Part shown: piece after piece, positions 40,102-54,818 of the stretch | How the letters are laid out: each line of letters opens with the position of its first letter | How positions within the stretch are numbered: position 1 is the stretch's first letter | Source: the human T2T-CHM13v2.0 reference genome, Homo sapiens | NCBI RefSeq assembly: GCF_009914755.1 | Contig: NC_060942.1 | Reading direction: 5' to 3' (one strand) | DNA: 64,000 nucleotides | The notes under the pieces: generated by a model | What the model was told of the DNA's origin: nothing | Database searches by the model: none | Seen by the model: only the letters and a program-made list of their open reading frames with translations | Made by a program: the position numbers and the translations under genes

Positions 40102-42120
40102 CCTACTCTAGAGAACTCTAGAGGGAGGTCAGCGGTGAGCTGGCCTCTCATTCCCAGTGGCATTTTTGCTGGCCAGCCAGGGGAAGCTGCCAGTGGTCAC
40201 AGTTCTGGAGTGGGCTCTTGGCCACTGGGGGTGCTTGCCTTGTGCCAAAGCCCTATTCAGCTTAGGGCCTTCCTTCCCACCTTCTGTCTTACATTTTTGA
40301 CCTTGTCCAGATTCCTTGAAGTGGAGTTTCTTGCCTATCTAGTTGGGCACCCCTTGCCCAGTAACCCACAGCTACATTTGACACGCTGCACACGATCCAC
40401 CCAGCACCTGATGCTCACATCATCGTGCACCCAGATGGTCACCCTGACACATGCCCATCCCTCTATGGGCCCCATGCAATATGCATTTACACATTCATCC
40501 ACAGTTCACATACAGTTATAACAGCAGCACGCATTCATTTACACGTACGTATCTGTATTAGATGAGAATATACAGTACATATACACACCCATGTTCCACA
40601 TGCCAATACATGCACAGACTCATACCACTCACCACTCACATACATGTACACACATGCATACCCCATGATACATACCCAGAGAAATACAGGCTTAAATGTT
40701 TCCAGAAGGTACTGCCTTCCCCTTCTTTTCTCTGACATGTCACCTGTGCCCCTATGAAGCCCCTACCCCACCATCGCTGAATTCAAACAATATTTCAACA
40801 GGAGATGCAGGCCTTATCTAGGAAAACACCATGCGTATGCGTGTGTCCACATCTGCAGGCCAGCCGCAGAGCCTGGGCCTTTGATACCAGGCCACATTTG
40901 GTGTGCTCCCCACTATGATGGAGAAAACAATCATCACAAAGCTCTGTTTGGATGCCATGTGGCCTGGGAGGGCTTCCTGGAGGCGTTGAGTCTTCAGCTG
41001 GGATGGAAGCGTGAGGTCCATGTCAGTAGAGCATGAGAGAAGGGAGCGCTGAGGTATGGGGGTCACACGAGGGGTGTCAAGAGGGGCAAGCATGGTCAGG
41101 AGCGCCCCCAACCCCAAGAACCCCTGCAGCAGTTACAGCAACATTTGGGTAGAGGTGGAGGAAGAAGCAGCAGGGCCAGGAAATGGCCAGAAGCTCTCTG
41201 CTGGCGTTCCTCCTGCCACGCTCGGTGGTGGCACTGACACCTGGCTGAGGTCACCAGTAGCTGAGAGACTCCTTAGCTAGTGCTCAGCTGTCACACTGGG
41301 GGAATGAAAGAGATCATATGATACTAATGTCACTGTTCTGCTTTATAAAGTGTCCTAACAAGCTGGCGAGCCAGGCACACTCAGTCTTATTTACGGCCAA
41401 TATTATATCTCTGACATAGAGATTAATTTGACGATAGCTGTTTATAAGCTCTTTCATCATCAGATGGGCCCATTACCTGGGAGGAGAAGAGGGCCGGGTT
41501 TAATTTGTGAACAGTGTGCTGAGTCCCTCTGCCCCTGGCGTGTGTGCAGGAGGTGCAGCCATAAATCATGGCAGATGCCAGCAGTGCTGAGACCAGAGGG
41601 CTGGGAGCTGCCCTAGCGGGCAGACCCCAGAGCTCACGTGTGGCAGAGGGGCTCCCTGGCAGGTATGCCAGTCTGCAGAGCCCGGGAGGGAGGCAGGGAT
41701 GCACAATCTTCTTTGCTGGGAGGAGGCCCTGGAAGATCACCCTGCCAAGGAGCTTCCCACTGGAGTCGACACTAAATTAGAATCATCTGGAAGCTTGTTA
41801 AAATACAGATGACCTAGCCCTACAGAGTCACCACCTCTGTGAGTGGAGCTCGGGACTTCCCTCCAGTCTGAAGTTTGAGGGCTGGGGGCAGGGATGGGCT
41901 GTGAGATGGGCTGGAGCAGTTCCCTCCAGGTGCCCCTAGTTCCAAGCAAAGGCGTCCCTTCCGTGGATATCTGAGCAGAAAAAGACAAGATCAAGAGCTG
42001 GCAAATAATAGACCTGGAGCAAAAAGCTAAAGAGATTGGGTCCTTGAGCCAAATGGTAAGGTTTGCTAAGGCTGTCTCCTTGCACCTGCAGAGCCGCCCT
42101 GCCATTGTCCTCCCTCAGCA

Positions 42121-42160
42121 GCCCAGCCCCTTCCTGCTAAGCCCAGCCCCTTCCTGCTAA
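42121..42160. repeat. Perfect 20-bp tandem duplication
   Basis: gcccagccccttcctgctaa x2. Confidence 0.95.
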
Positions 42161-43029
42161 GCAGGACAGAAATATCCGCTCATGAGGGGTACATCAGGGG
42201 CTTTATAGGCATCATCTCTTTGTCCTCTGATGTTGATCTTTGAGTTACTTTTTTATGAAACCCCACTGAAAGATAACTTAGACAGTTCTCAGTTACATCG
42301 CCTGGAAACAGAGGCCTAGGTTTAAGTCCAGCTTGGACCCCAAGCTCATGCTCTTTCCATGACCTGAGGCAGTGTCCCACCGTGGCGGCAGGGCCTGGCT
42401 ACGTCAATCCACTGCGCACAAACATTGCAGCCTCAGCAAACGGTAAATCTATTGGTGTGTGTTGGGATGGGATACCAAGAATGTGAGGTGATAAAGAGGT
42501 CCTCCTGCACCGTGCATCTACGCAGTTTTTCTCCTAGGGGTGGGTATATTTCCTGGGAGCCTCTGGAGTGAATAGCCTTCAGAATGCAATGGAGTCTTCC
42601 TGCCCTGGTGGCCTGGCAGACCCTGTCACTCCCAGGATGGCAGCCCTGTCCTCTACCTCCCAGGCCTTGACCTTCCTTTCCCCACCATTGGCCCTGGACA
42701 GCCTTTGCAGGGCTCTGCTGGAGACATTTGGGAACCCTCCAGGCTCCCCTCCTCCTTGGGGGCCTTGGGTCCTATCCAGGAGGTTCACCTTGATGAACTC
42801 CAGCTGGTCAAAGCCCAGAAAATGGGAAGGCAGCCAGTATGGACTCCATCAGACTCTTTCCCCACCTAGAATCTACACTTTTGTTAATGTAGCCTCAGTT
42901 TGCACTGGCTATATTGGGTACACATCATCCTGTCCCAAGCTTATTTCATGTGGACCAGAGCTCCCAAATCTGATAACACCTGCTATGGAGACTCTCATGT
43001 CCCAGCCTAGTGGAGTAGGTTTATTGGGT

Positions 43030-43430
43030 CAGATGTAAGTTTGGCTGTGGTAACAGAGATCCAAAATAAAGGTGGCTTAAAGGGATAGCAACTCTCAGAA
43101 CAGCCTAGAGTGGTGCTCAATATCAAGGACTCAGGTGCCTTCTCTCTTGTTGCTCCACCCTCCCTAGGATATGGCCCTTTTCTGCATGGTCCAGGATGGT
43201 TCACACCTTTATCCACTTTCCAAGCATCAAGATGGAGGAAGAAGGGAAAGGTTAGAAAGAGCATGACACAGCACTGCACAAGTCACCCCCACTCACACCC
43301 CATTGGCTAAACTGGGTCACGTAACCACCCTTAGCTGTAAAGGAAGCTGGGAAGTCTTATATACTGAAGGCCATGTGCCCAGCTGAATTTAGGGGTTGCA
43401 TTACCGTAGAAGGAGAGAACAGATAATGGG
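43030..43430 (-). mobile_element. MLT1-family LTR
   Basis: ttggctgtggtaacagagatccaaaataaaggtggcttaa...agctgtaaaggaagctgggaa. Confidence 0.7.
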
Positions 43431-45502
43431 GGGAGCACTCAGTTGGTCATCTCTGCCTCAGTTGGTGCTTAGAACCCACACGTCAGGTCTTACATTGATC
43501 CTGGGTGGAGCTCCTCCTTTGTCTACCCTTCTTGCATTAGTGGCACTGTGGGTGGGACTAGCATGCCCTCCATGGCTTCACCCAAATAGGCAAAGACATC
43601 CCCAAGGTAGGAAGTGAGAAGCCATCCTCCAAGTTGGTGTCAAACCACCGGCCTGTGGCGATTGGATGTGATTACTCATCTCATTACAAATCTTCCTGTC
43701 TCATGACTAGCTTGCATTTTCCATCTTATCCAAAAGACTATAGTAGAATGTTAGATCTAAAAATGAGATGATGTCTGTGAAGTGCTCAGCCCAGGGTGTG
43801 GTGGACAGTAGACACTGAATGAAAGCTGCACATCCTTGGGCAAAATATTTAACCTCTTGGTGCCTCACTTTTCTCATCTGAGAGACGGGGATGTCATCGT
43901 GACCTCCTCCATGGATTGTTGGGGAGATTCAGCCAGAGTCCATGGAAAGCACCAGGTGCAATGTCTGGGCCGTGAGTCAGGCTGCTAGGTGAGAGCAAGG
44001 GTCTGTGACCTCTTGACAGGGTTGCTGTGGGAGTGAAAATCTGTGTAGCTTTTAGCACAGGTGCCTGGCAGGTCGTAGGCACTCAATGAATGCTAGTTTG
44101 CTCCCCGTCCGCTACCCCACTGTCACTGGTAAGGGATGTTACCTAAAAACCCTTAATCCCACTCCATCCCTCTACAAATGGAAGTGTGTGGGAGGACTCT
44201 GAAAGTCAGAGAGTGGGAGTGACGGGGCCCTGGAGACGCATGCTGCTGGTAGGCAGGGGGCCAGGACTCTGGCTCCTTCCCACAGCGTTGTGGCCCCCTC
44301 CCATGCTGCTGCCTCGGATCCTTGATCTGAGAAGGGAAAGGAAACGGGCCCTCCAGAAGAGATAACCAGATACAGACAGCCCATGTCAAGGACCCAGAGA
44401 CCTGGAGTTGGGAGATGGAGTAGCGGGGCCTTGTGGTGGGGTGGCCTGGCTGGGCCCTAGGTCACTCTGCCTCCCATTCACCAAGACCCAGCTCTAAGGG
44501 TTTTATTGGAAGCCTGGAAAGGACCCCAAAGATATTTAGCTCACCCCCTCATTTTACGGGGACTTGGCCAAGATCATTCAGCTGGGGAGAAGACAAGCTC
44601 CCCACATCTCAGTCTCCACTCTCACTCTAAACCAGGAAGGCAGGAGCCACAACGTTCACCAGGCTCCCCAATTCTCTCCTCTTCCTTTTGCCCAAATTTA
44701 TGAATTGTTTCATTTCTTCCCACACTGCAGTCCCTATGTCCAGCGAAGGCCCAGGGAAGGGCATGTATGTTAGCAGAGATGCCAGCACCAGAGACAGGGG
44801 ACACCTCTTGAAGGAGGTAGCTGTGATGTAGGGGAGCTTTGCTAGGCCAGGGATTGGGGGTCTGGGCTCAGCTCTACAAGTGTGGGCAGAATTGGACACA
44901 CCTCCCAGCATTAGAGTGATTAACTGATGCAGGTTTGTACACTGCCAGGGCCCATGCACACACTCAGGCTGTAATGATGGGGGGTCCTCATGCACGAAGT
45001 GCAGGATTGGAGAACACATGATCAGGGCCCATAGGCGCCCAAACCCAGTAGTGCTGCTGACAAGATGGAGTTCTCAGCTCCCTTAGAGGCCGAACTTGAG
45101 AAACCTTTACAAGAGACTTGAGAGCTGGTTAGAATATCTCCAGGGTCTCTGCCCGATCCTCTCTAGAGTTTTCAAAGACTGTACCTTCCCTGCCAGCCAC
45201 AGCATCAGCACCATGCTAAGATGCATGCGCTTTCACATTTCACATCTTGGAAACTGGGATGCGCCTTATAAATGACAGTTTGTCCTAGTTTAATTGCCTC
45301 TTAAAAATCTTTTAGTGGTTCATAAAGCGATGGTCCACTGTGCAATAGATGGCCTTTTAGGGCTGCTGACATTTGACATTCATTTTGTGTGTGCTCCATA
45401 CACAAAGCTTTGGGGCCTATAAGTAAATCTATTGACTCTTTAAAGACAAACATCAGTGCCAAGTTTGTGATTTATGAGACCTAGATTTCTTTTTCACCAT
45501 AG

Positions 45503-45976
<474 letters not shown>

Positions 45977-46462
45977 TGAGGATTCTCCTTCTGCCTCATT
46001 CTCTAGGCTCTGGTGAGGATCACAGGAGATCCTTGCTGTCTGAAAGCCTTGGAAAGGACAGAAGTGCCCCAGTCTAATATTCTAGAAAAAACACTGACTT
46101 TCTCAATGTTCCTTCCCTCCCCAAACCAGCGGTCCCAGCTCCCATCTGTGCCTATCTGAGGACCGCCTATTTTTCCAGACACTTGGGGACCTCCAGGAAT
46201 GCTGGCCTCTCCTTCTCTTCTTGCTCCTCCAGCAGCCACAATCTCTAAGTGCCCCTGGCTGCCCCTGAACTCAGTGCCTGCCTGGCTTCCTGGCAGAGCT
46301 GTGGCTCCCCTCTATCTCTCCATCATGTGCACACATGCCCCCTCAAGACCTTCTCCAAACCCAGCTTTGCACATGATCCAAAGCCTTGCATGGCACCCCT
46401 GTGCCTGGAGGACCCTTAAATATCCAGTATGGCCCTGCCATGTTGGGTATGTGACTGCCGTG

Positions 46463-46501
46463 GATGATGACGACAATGGTGATGATGATGATGATGATGA
46501 T
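46463..46501. repeat. (GAT)n microsatellite
   Basis: (GAT)7 at 46481-46501 plus degenerate units. Confidence 0.9.
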
Positions 46502-46749
46502 GCAGATGGGCCTCTGTAGTGGGCGGAGGCATGGCTGAGGGATGGGGCTGCTGGGCCAAGCCACCCGTCTGGTCCTTGGCAGCATTCCCGTGGCCCTCAG
46601 CCCTCGGCCAGGACGAACTTGGCTCCATGCAGGCCCCTGGCCCAAATCTCCACCTTTCTTCCCTTATTCTCTCCTTTATTGACTACTGAAGTATTAATTA
46701 AGCCCTCACTCTGTGATATGCAGAAGCTGAAAAACAAATTGCCTTATTG

Positions 46750-47060
46750 TCCATTTATTCATTCATTCTGCAAATGTCAATCCGTGACCAGCCGACCCTG
46801 TTCCAGGTGTGTTCTAGGTGCGGAGGATGCAGCATTGAACAATCACCTGATTTTAAGAAGCTTGCATTCTAGTGGGGAAGGCAGACAGCAAACAAGCAGG
46901 CCAATAGGTAGCACATCAGAGGTGACATGTGCCATGGTGCAAAATAGCGCAGGGTCAAAGGGTGGTGATGCTGGAGTGGGGGTGGGGAGGTGCTTATTTT
47001 ATGCCTGGCACTCAGAAAGAGCCTTGCTGTCAGTGTGATATTTACCAGAGCCCTGAGCCT
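46750..47060. mobile_element. L2 fragment
   Basis: atttattcattcattc...ggtgtgttctaggtgcggaggatgcagc...cattctagtgggg. Confidence 0.65.
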
Positions 47061-48304
47061 GAGGGCAGAGAGAGAGGGAGCCCTGCAGATCCCAGGGGTT
47101 GATTCTTGCCTCTGTTGTCCTGGGCAGGCACGGAATGCGTACTTCTTGCCTCCAGATCAGGGACTAACTACTCACTCTGAACACACAGAAGGGAGTATTC
47201 AGATTCCATCATGGGTTCCCACATGTCCAGCCCCAGACACAGGCAGCTGAAGGTTGAGAGGGTGCCTGGGGCTTAGCACCCTCTCCCAGGGCTCCACCTC
47301 CCCAAAGCCCTTCTGATGGCGTTGTCATCTGCTCCTTCCACCGTGTCACCTCTTCTCCCCGCAGCTTCCTGCCTCAATTCTAGATGTTGGTCTTATTCAG
47401 GCATGGTGCAAGAGACAGAGGCTTTACATTCAGGGAAAACGGAAACTCCAGAGGTTAAAAGGCTTCCTCTGGAACCAGATGGAGCCCCGGCTGGAAAGGC
47501 GTGATCTGTGCCCTGCATTGCAATGCTGAGTTCAGGTGGGGGACAAGTGGCTTTGTCCAACTCCCACACCTGTCATTTGGGCTACCTGAGGAGCTTGCAA
47601 AATCCACATTCCCAGGCCCTACACCAGATCTACCTTTCTGAGGTAGGAATCTGTATTCTTATGTGTTTGCGAATTTCAAGTATGAACTCGTTGTTTTATC
47701 ATTAAAGAGGACAGAATGCACATAGGAAAAATATAAACAATATGAAGGACTCCTCGCTGAATAGTAAGTTTCTCTCCTGTTCCTCCCACCTCACCCTTGC
47801 TACCCAGGTCTCTTCCCCAGTGGTAACAGTGGTCAGTACCCAGCATTTATTAAGTAACAAGCACTGCTCTAGCCATGGCCTAGACTGTAGTGAACAGAGC
47901 CCAGGTGGTCCCTGCCTTTGTGGAGCTTAGAATCTAGTGGAGGTAACTGAGAGTAAGCAAATGATCCACAAGTCAATATGAAATTGTGAAAAGTGCTGAG
48001 GATCAGAAATAAAGAACAGGGTGTCAGGCAAGAAAACAGCAGTGTGGCCTGATTTTGGTGGGCTGTGCTGGCAGAGGTGGAGGTGGGATGAGAATTTCTT
48101 GAACTCCTTTGCAGAATCCCAGGTGATTGTGAAGGAACCACTGGGGGTCTCAGGACCCTTGGTCAGGCCACCAGTCCCTCTCTATCATCTCTTTCTGTGG
48201 GGCACTGGGCTCGAGGCCTGGGGCACAGAGGACAGCAAGATGCCTCCAGATGCCTGGGAGTCACCCTCCAGTTAGGGAGGCAGGAATTGCCTCCGATGAG
48301 GGGT

Positions 48305-48740
48305 CTGTTGGCTTCTGTGGCTGCTGTGACAAAATAGCACACGCTGGGTGGCTTTAGACAACAGAAGTGTTCTCTGACAGTGCTGGAGGCTAGAAGGCTG
48401 CAATCAAGCTGTCCGCGGGGCCAGCCGTCTCCTCTGAAGGCACCAGGGAAGATTCCTTCCTCATCTCTCCTCTCTTCTGGGGGTTGCTGGCAGTCACAGT
48501 CCTTGGGGCTCCCTGGCTTGTAGCCGCATCACTCCAGTCTCCGCCTCTGTTGTCACAGTGTCTCAGTGTCTCCACATGGCCTATCATGACATTGTATTAG
48601 GGCCACACTCATCCAGTATGACCTCATCTGAACTTGATCACATCTTCAAAGACCCTATTTCCAAATAAGGTCACACTCACAGGTACTGGGGATTAGGACA
48701 TCAACCTATCTTTTCAGGGGGCACAACTCAAACCACAGCT
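48305..48740 (-). mobile_element. MLT1C-like LTR
   Basis: ggctgctgtgacaaaatagcac...gaccctatttccaaataaggtcacactcacaggtactgggg. Confidence 0.85.
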
Positions 48741-50184
48741 AGGATGAGTCATGCAGGCCTCATGAGCTGGACCCCCTGTGAGGGCTGCAAGCGTTCAGAG
48801 AAAAGGGCATGTTTTGCGCAGGCTGGGGTGGACAGGGCAGTGGGCTCCAGGAAGGGGAGGCCTCCCTGTCTGAGAGAATCCAGGTACATGGGGAGCAGGG
48901 CCTAGTGTGAGGAAGTGAACGAGTGAAGGACAGCAGAGGCAGGAATGTACACAGCACACCCAGCCATAGGACAGGATCTGCGGACCTCAGAGCTGCCCTC
49001 TGGGACTGGGAATCACGTAAAATGAGGCCACGGCAATTTTGAAGCCTGAAGCGTACCCGAAAGGTAACCCACTTGCTCCTCCCCTGAAGGAAGCTGTGGG
49101 GCTCTGGAGTGGCCTCAGCCTCCCTCTGTGACCTTCCTCAACTCCTGCAGCTCTGGCCTTCAGGTGTGGTGGCTGTGGAGAAAGGAGGGGTGACTGTCAC
49201 CTAGGCTCGTAGAATGAGCTGATCCCTCTCTCCAAAGCCCAGAGCCTCCGGCCCTTACTGACAGGTTCCAGACCCCCAGGAACACCCCTTCCTCTCCTTC
49301 TTGTCCCTACACTGACCAGCTTCTCACCCCTTCCTTCTCACATGCTCAGGGAGAAACCCATGGGCAGAGTGACACACGCCTTGGTCATCACTGTGTCCCG
49401 GTGCCTAGAGGAGGGCCTGCTCAGAGCAGCCTCACAAGAAATGTGCTTTTGACTTAAAGACCACAGTGAGAGGAGAGACTCTCTCAGTCACACCCCCGGA
49501 CTCTTGTCCCCACAGAGCCCCAGGTCCCCTACCCCTTTGTCCATGCCACTGTGTGGGTCAGGAGAGCTAGGCTCGAGTCCTGACACTGAGCAGACACAAA
49601 GCTTGGGCAAGTCACTTCCCCCTCCCAGGACTCAGTTGTCCTCCCCGTAAAAGGAGAGGCAGTAACATCCACTTCCTTCATAGGGCTCCCATGAGAGGAA
49701 GACGTTAGAAGCTAGAACAATGCAATTCAATTCAGTCTGACAATCTGAGTTTCCACATGGCAATTTCTGCATGATGCCAGGCCCAGGGGTTCAGGGTGGG
49801 CCAGGTGGGCTGTTCCCTGCCTGTGGGGTTATGGTCTGTCTGCTGGGAGAGAGGGATCTTATGTAAGCAGTTCACAAAACGATGAACGTGACAAAGGGGG
49901 TGTGCAGGCAGCTGTGGGGAGGCACAGCTGGGATTTCAGCTGGTTCCAGGGTCAGGCAAAGGCCTCCTGAGCAGGTGGCACATGGAGGGGACCTGACCAC
50001 TGATGAGCAGTTAGCCAGGTAGAAAAAAGGGTTCTCAGCAGAGGGAGTAGCATCTTAGAGGCCAGGGCTCATGGCTTGTCCTGGGAATAGCAAGCTGACT
50101 GGTGGGGCTGGAGATAGAGAGCCAAGAGAATGTAAGAACTGAGGCCTGAGAGCCATGGACTCCACCTGAAAGCCCATGTATGAG

Positions 50185-50610
50185 CTAGGATTCTGTTTTG
50201 TTTAAAATCTGCAGTTTATTTCTGTCACATGTTCAGGAAGAGGTCTGGAGGTAGCAATCCAGGGCTGGTGTGGTGCCCCTCAGTGGCAAAGACCCAGGCT
50301 CCTTCTACTTATTGCTCTGCCATTCACAACTTCCCTTTTCAAAGTCATACATGGCCCAAGATGGCTGCTAACTCTCCAGCCCTTGAGTCTGCATTCCAGC
50401 CAGAGGATGGGATGGGAGTGCCTTATGAAACTAAGGCACTTCCTAGAAATTGCACGTGACATTTTCACTTAAATCTGAATGGACAGATTTTAGTCACAGG
50501 ATCACACTTAGCTGCAAGGGAACCTGGAAAAGGATCTTTATTCCAGATATCCATGTGTCAGCTAAGAATGGGAGGAAGAAGGATATTGGGAGACATCTCA
50601 AGGTCTCTAC
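50185..50610 (-). mobile_element. MLT1-family LTR (old)
   Basis: caagatggctgctaactctccagcc...cacacttagctgcaagggaacctggaaaa. Confidence 0.65.
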
Positions 50611-53600
50611 CATAGTCATCATGTCCAGTGTTTCAGTTGATGAGGAGCACTCTAGGTCCAGAATACCCTGAGATGCATCACAAGTCCATGCAATGGCCCC
50701 ATTGAAGGTCCTCCAGCTCACTCCTCCAAACAGAGCTGTCCTCTCTCCTGGCAGTGTGGTTCATTCAAGGGCTTCCTCCTCTCCCGCATGGGGCCCTCAG
50801 TCTCCACCAAGGGTGCTGATGGTGTTGGAGGTCTTCACTCCTGCTGCTGGGCACAGAGGCGGGGTATCATGTGTTTGTGGCCAGCCATGGAGGAACACAG
50901 AGGGTGCTCCCCTGCAACAGTGCAGGTGCTCCCCACAATGGTGCTCAAAATTGGAGGGTAGGCCCTGCTGGACAAGCAGTTTTACTGCCTCTGTGGGCTA
51001 TCCTGGGAACTCAGGGTTCCTGAGGAAAATGCAATTGGAATTCCAAACACCTCATTTACAAACAGACCCTGGAGGCCCAGGTTGCTTGTGTCCTTTTCTG
51101 AAAGACATTTCCATGGCAACCCCTGCCTTCCAGACTTTCCCTCTCTCTTCTCCTCTCCTCTTTTGGGGCTGAAGCACCAGGCAGCCCCAGGCGAAAGACC
51201 CCTGCATTAGTAAATCAGTCAGCTCTTCCCTGGGGGCCAGGGGATGGGGTGCTATGGGAGAACCCTGCCCTGCCCCTGGCCTGCCTTCACCACCTCCTTC
51301 CTGCAGGCCCCCCTTGCCCTCTAATACGCCTGGGCACACGAGGCGGGTATGTGGAATCCTACCTGGGTAGCACCAGGCAGGGTCACAGGGCCCACCTAAA
51401 CACTGTTCAGCCTTGGGGTGTTCAGCAGCGGAACTCCTGGGGAGACAAAGCTGTGGAGGAGCTTTGGCCCAGAGGCCAGGCGTCAGCCCCACAGCAAGTG
51501 ACTTTCCATAGCTGTCCCAAGCTTTCCAAGTGGACGTCCACAGAACACTGCACTTGAAGGAACTGAAACATTACCTTTTCTGCAAGTGGAAAAGGTTTAA
51601 GACTCCAGCTAACCTCTCAGTGAGCAGCTGGGAACTTGCCCAAGATCACGCTGCTAACTGGGCTGTGAGCACATTTTTCCTGATGCCCAGTGTAAAAAAA
51701 TTTTTTTAACCCCTTGACACCATACTGAGTCTTTTCTAGTAATACCTTTTGAAACTCCTTAGAGCCTTTGGGTGCTCTAAGCTGGGCTTCACCCCAGCTC
51801 CAGATGGGAAAACAAAAGACAAAGATGAACTCTCAACCTTGCTCTCCAAAGTGAAATTTCAACTGAATCCCTGTAGCCTTGCTCTTCTGAAAAAGAACAT
51901 ATTACTTCCATATGTTTATAATGATATAGAAATCATTACATATGTCTGTGTATATATCTGTGTCGATCTGCTGTACATATGCAGCATATATGTACATTAA
52001 TATTTAACTGAGTATGGCAGGCACATGATCCAGTGTCCAAAAAAAGGCAGACAGTGCCACAGTGCAAAGCAAGGCTTCCTCTCCCCTGTGCCCGGCCACA
52101 CGGTTCCCCTCCACAGTTTCTTTTGGATGCTTTCAAAGATGGTCTTGCTTATTCCATTTGGTCCTCTTGATCCTTGTTAATGTTCTTCTCAGTACTATCA
52201 TTCAATATACATGATTATGGCAGGAGCATGAAGCAAGCTGGCTGTCTGAGGAAGAGCCTACCCTACTCAAGGTGCAGGGCACTGGCCTGGGCACCAAGTC
52301 CTATCCCCTCCCCAGGCGGGAGCCAGGAGCTGCTGCAGGTCACCACCCATTGTTGCTGGCTGTGTGCTCCTGAGTGAATGAGACTCTGATCCCCACTGAC
52401 CTTAGCTTCCTGCACTAGCAAATGAGGAGGTTAGGTGATATGCTCTGGAAGATCCTTTTCAGCTCAAATTTCCATGATCCTATTATCTACTTCATGCCCC
52501 GTTTCCCCACTTACAGAAATTAAGAAATAGGGCAGCATTGAAGATAATAGCTCATTTATATCCCTGAGGATTTCAAAGGCATTTACAGATGGCAAGCAAA
52601 ATGGAGCTTGAATTGGGCTGGAGTTAGCCTGCCAAAGGCCCCCCTGCCACCCCAAGCCCCACTCATATGGGAGTGTAATGGGGTGCCCAAGCTCTGGGCT
52701 TAGGGGCAGGCCCAAGGTGACAAATGAGTCAAGGGGCAGTCGCTGTCCCCTCCAAGGTCAATCTTTTCTCCACCAGGCCATGAAGTGGGCCCTAGCAGGC
52801 CTTTGGGATGGATTCTTGGGGAGGCAGGGTTTTCCTTCAGGGGTTTTGCAAGAAAGCTGGTTTCTAACTGAGACTCTTAGGCCTCGGTTTACTGTCTCAG
52901 GGCCTGCTAGGTGAGTGTTTCAGGACACCCCTAAAAGGAATAACAGACTTTTAATAAGATGCCTGCTTTACCCCAGTGGTTGAGGGGAGAGTGTGTTGAG
53001 GGGAGGAGTGTGTGCGCGCCCCAAGGGGTTTGGCTCACTCATTAGCAAAGCCAAGAATTTCATCCTGGAAGCCCTCTCTGTCACTCAGGGGTTTTCTGTC
53101 CCTGCAAACCCTGAAGAACAGCATAGAAGCCACCCAAATAGATAGTGGCACAGCCAAGCCTCACTCGTTTTGACTAATGAGAGCCTCAAAGCTTTGCTAT
53201 TTCCAGACATATGGTTTCTTGGCCTTAGCCAGTGAAACCTTGGGAACTTGCTTCAGTGAACAAAGAATAATGCCCTGCGACAACCACATCAGGTTGAATG
53301 GCACTTAAGTACACATGCTCAAAGTGCTTGACAAGTTTCTCTTTTCTGCACTTCCCTCTAGTCCTCTTCCTTAAATTCTAGAAGCACAACATACGAGAGC
53401 CAAGAGGAATCTTAGAGGTGTGTTCACTCAGTCCTTCCACTTTCAGATATGGAAACTGAGTTCTAAAGGGGAAGAAAAATCACCGGGAGGGATAGTGGCC
53501 AAGAATCAGACAGACCCCGGGGCTCTTGTGTGGAGTCCACAGAGATCTTTCCACGCCCACAGAAAAAGTGTAGAGTTAAAACCAGACCAACCTCTGCTGC

Positions 53601-54480
53601 TACCAGAATGGAAGCTCTCAATGGCATGAGTTTTGCCTGATTTGTTCACTGCTATATCCCCATTGTCTGGCCCAGTGCTGAACATAATAAGTGCTCAATA
53701 AGTACTTGTAGACTGAATAAATGGGAATGACAAAACAGTCTAAATCACTGGAGTCTAAATGAATGTGGCTTTACTGTGTTGTCAGCCAAGAACATCCCTC
53801 CTTCTCTGGGCTTTGAACGGGACCCTGAAGATGAGCAGCACTCTTAATTCTTCTACCACCTTTGGCTGCAGAGGAAGCAAAGGCCAGGTCTTCTACCCTG
53901 CAGAAGAGACAGCTGTATTTTAGATGTTAAAAAATATCGAAAGGAACACACCACAGTGCCCTCAGCCAGAGCTCCTCTTTTTTGCAGTTCTCCGGCCATC
54001 AGGGGCATGTGCCTGCCTGGAGACAGTGCCCGTTCCTGGCTTCTCTAGGGCCTCAGGGCTCTTTCACTTGAGACATCCACAAATCAGGATGCACCCTGTG
54101 GTCTCTGGATCCCTGATTCACCCCTGCAAACCTCCCTCCTGTGTGCTGGTTGATGTCCACTCAGTGTACAGCCCCATCACGGGCCCAGGGGAGGGGACAT
54201 GGAGGAGAGCAGCTGTCAAGTCACAGCCCTGCCCATGGGAGACTTATGGGCTGCTTGAGGAGCTAAGATTCTCACCGTTATAATGAGCTGGCCTTGTAGT
54301 CCCAGCTGACTATAAGCTCCTTGAGGGCAGGAAACATACTTTTTAAGGTTGGGTCTCCTTGGACTTTCTGAGCAGAATTGAGGTGGTCACATGAATTCAT
54401 AGGGGCCACCGTTGAGGGTGTGACCTCCAGGGTCACCTTTCAGTGGGTCTGAGGCCCTGACTCTGCTTCCTGACCTTGCT

Positions 54481-54818
54481 TTTCTTTTTCTTTTCTTTTT
54501 TTTTCTTTTTTCTTTTCTTTTTTTTTTTTTTTTGAGAGAGAGAGAGTCTCTCTCTGCCCCCCAGGCTAGAGTGCAGTGGTGCAATCTCAGTTCACTGCAA
54601 CCTCTGCTTCCTGGGTTCAAGCAGTTCTCATGCGTCAGCCTCCTGAGTAGCTTGGATTATAGGCAGGGACCACCATGTCCGGCTAATTTTTGTGTTTTTA
54701 ATAGAACTGGGATTTCTCCATGTTGGCCAGGCTGGTCTCGAACTCCTGATTTCAAGTGATCTGCAAGCCTCAGCCTCCCAAAGTGCTGGGATTATAGCCA
54801 TGAGCCACTGTGCCAGGC
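54481..54818 (-). mobile_element. AluS with long T-rich tail and (GA)n
   Basis: Antisense Alu consensus. Confidence 0.93.

Noticed and set aside
46416-46628. Poly-His ORF reminiscent of the Arkadia His-rich region
   Set aside because: Wrong strand and derived from the (GAT)n microsatellite
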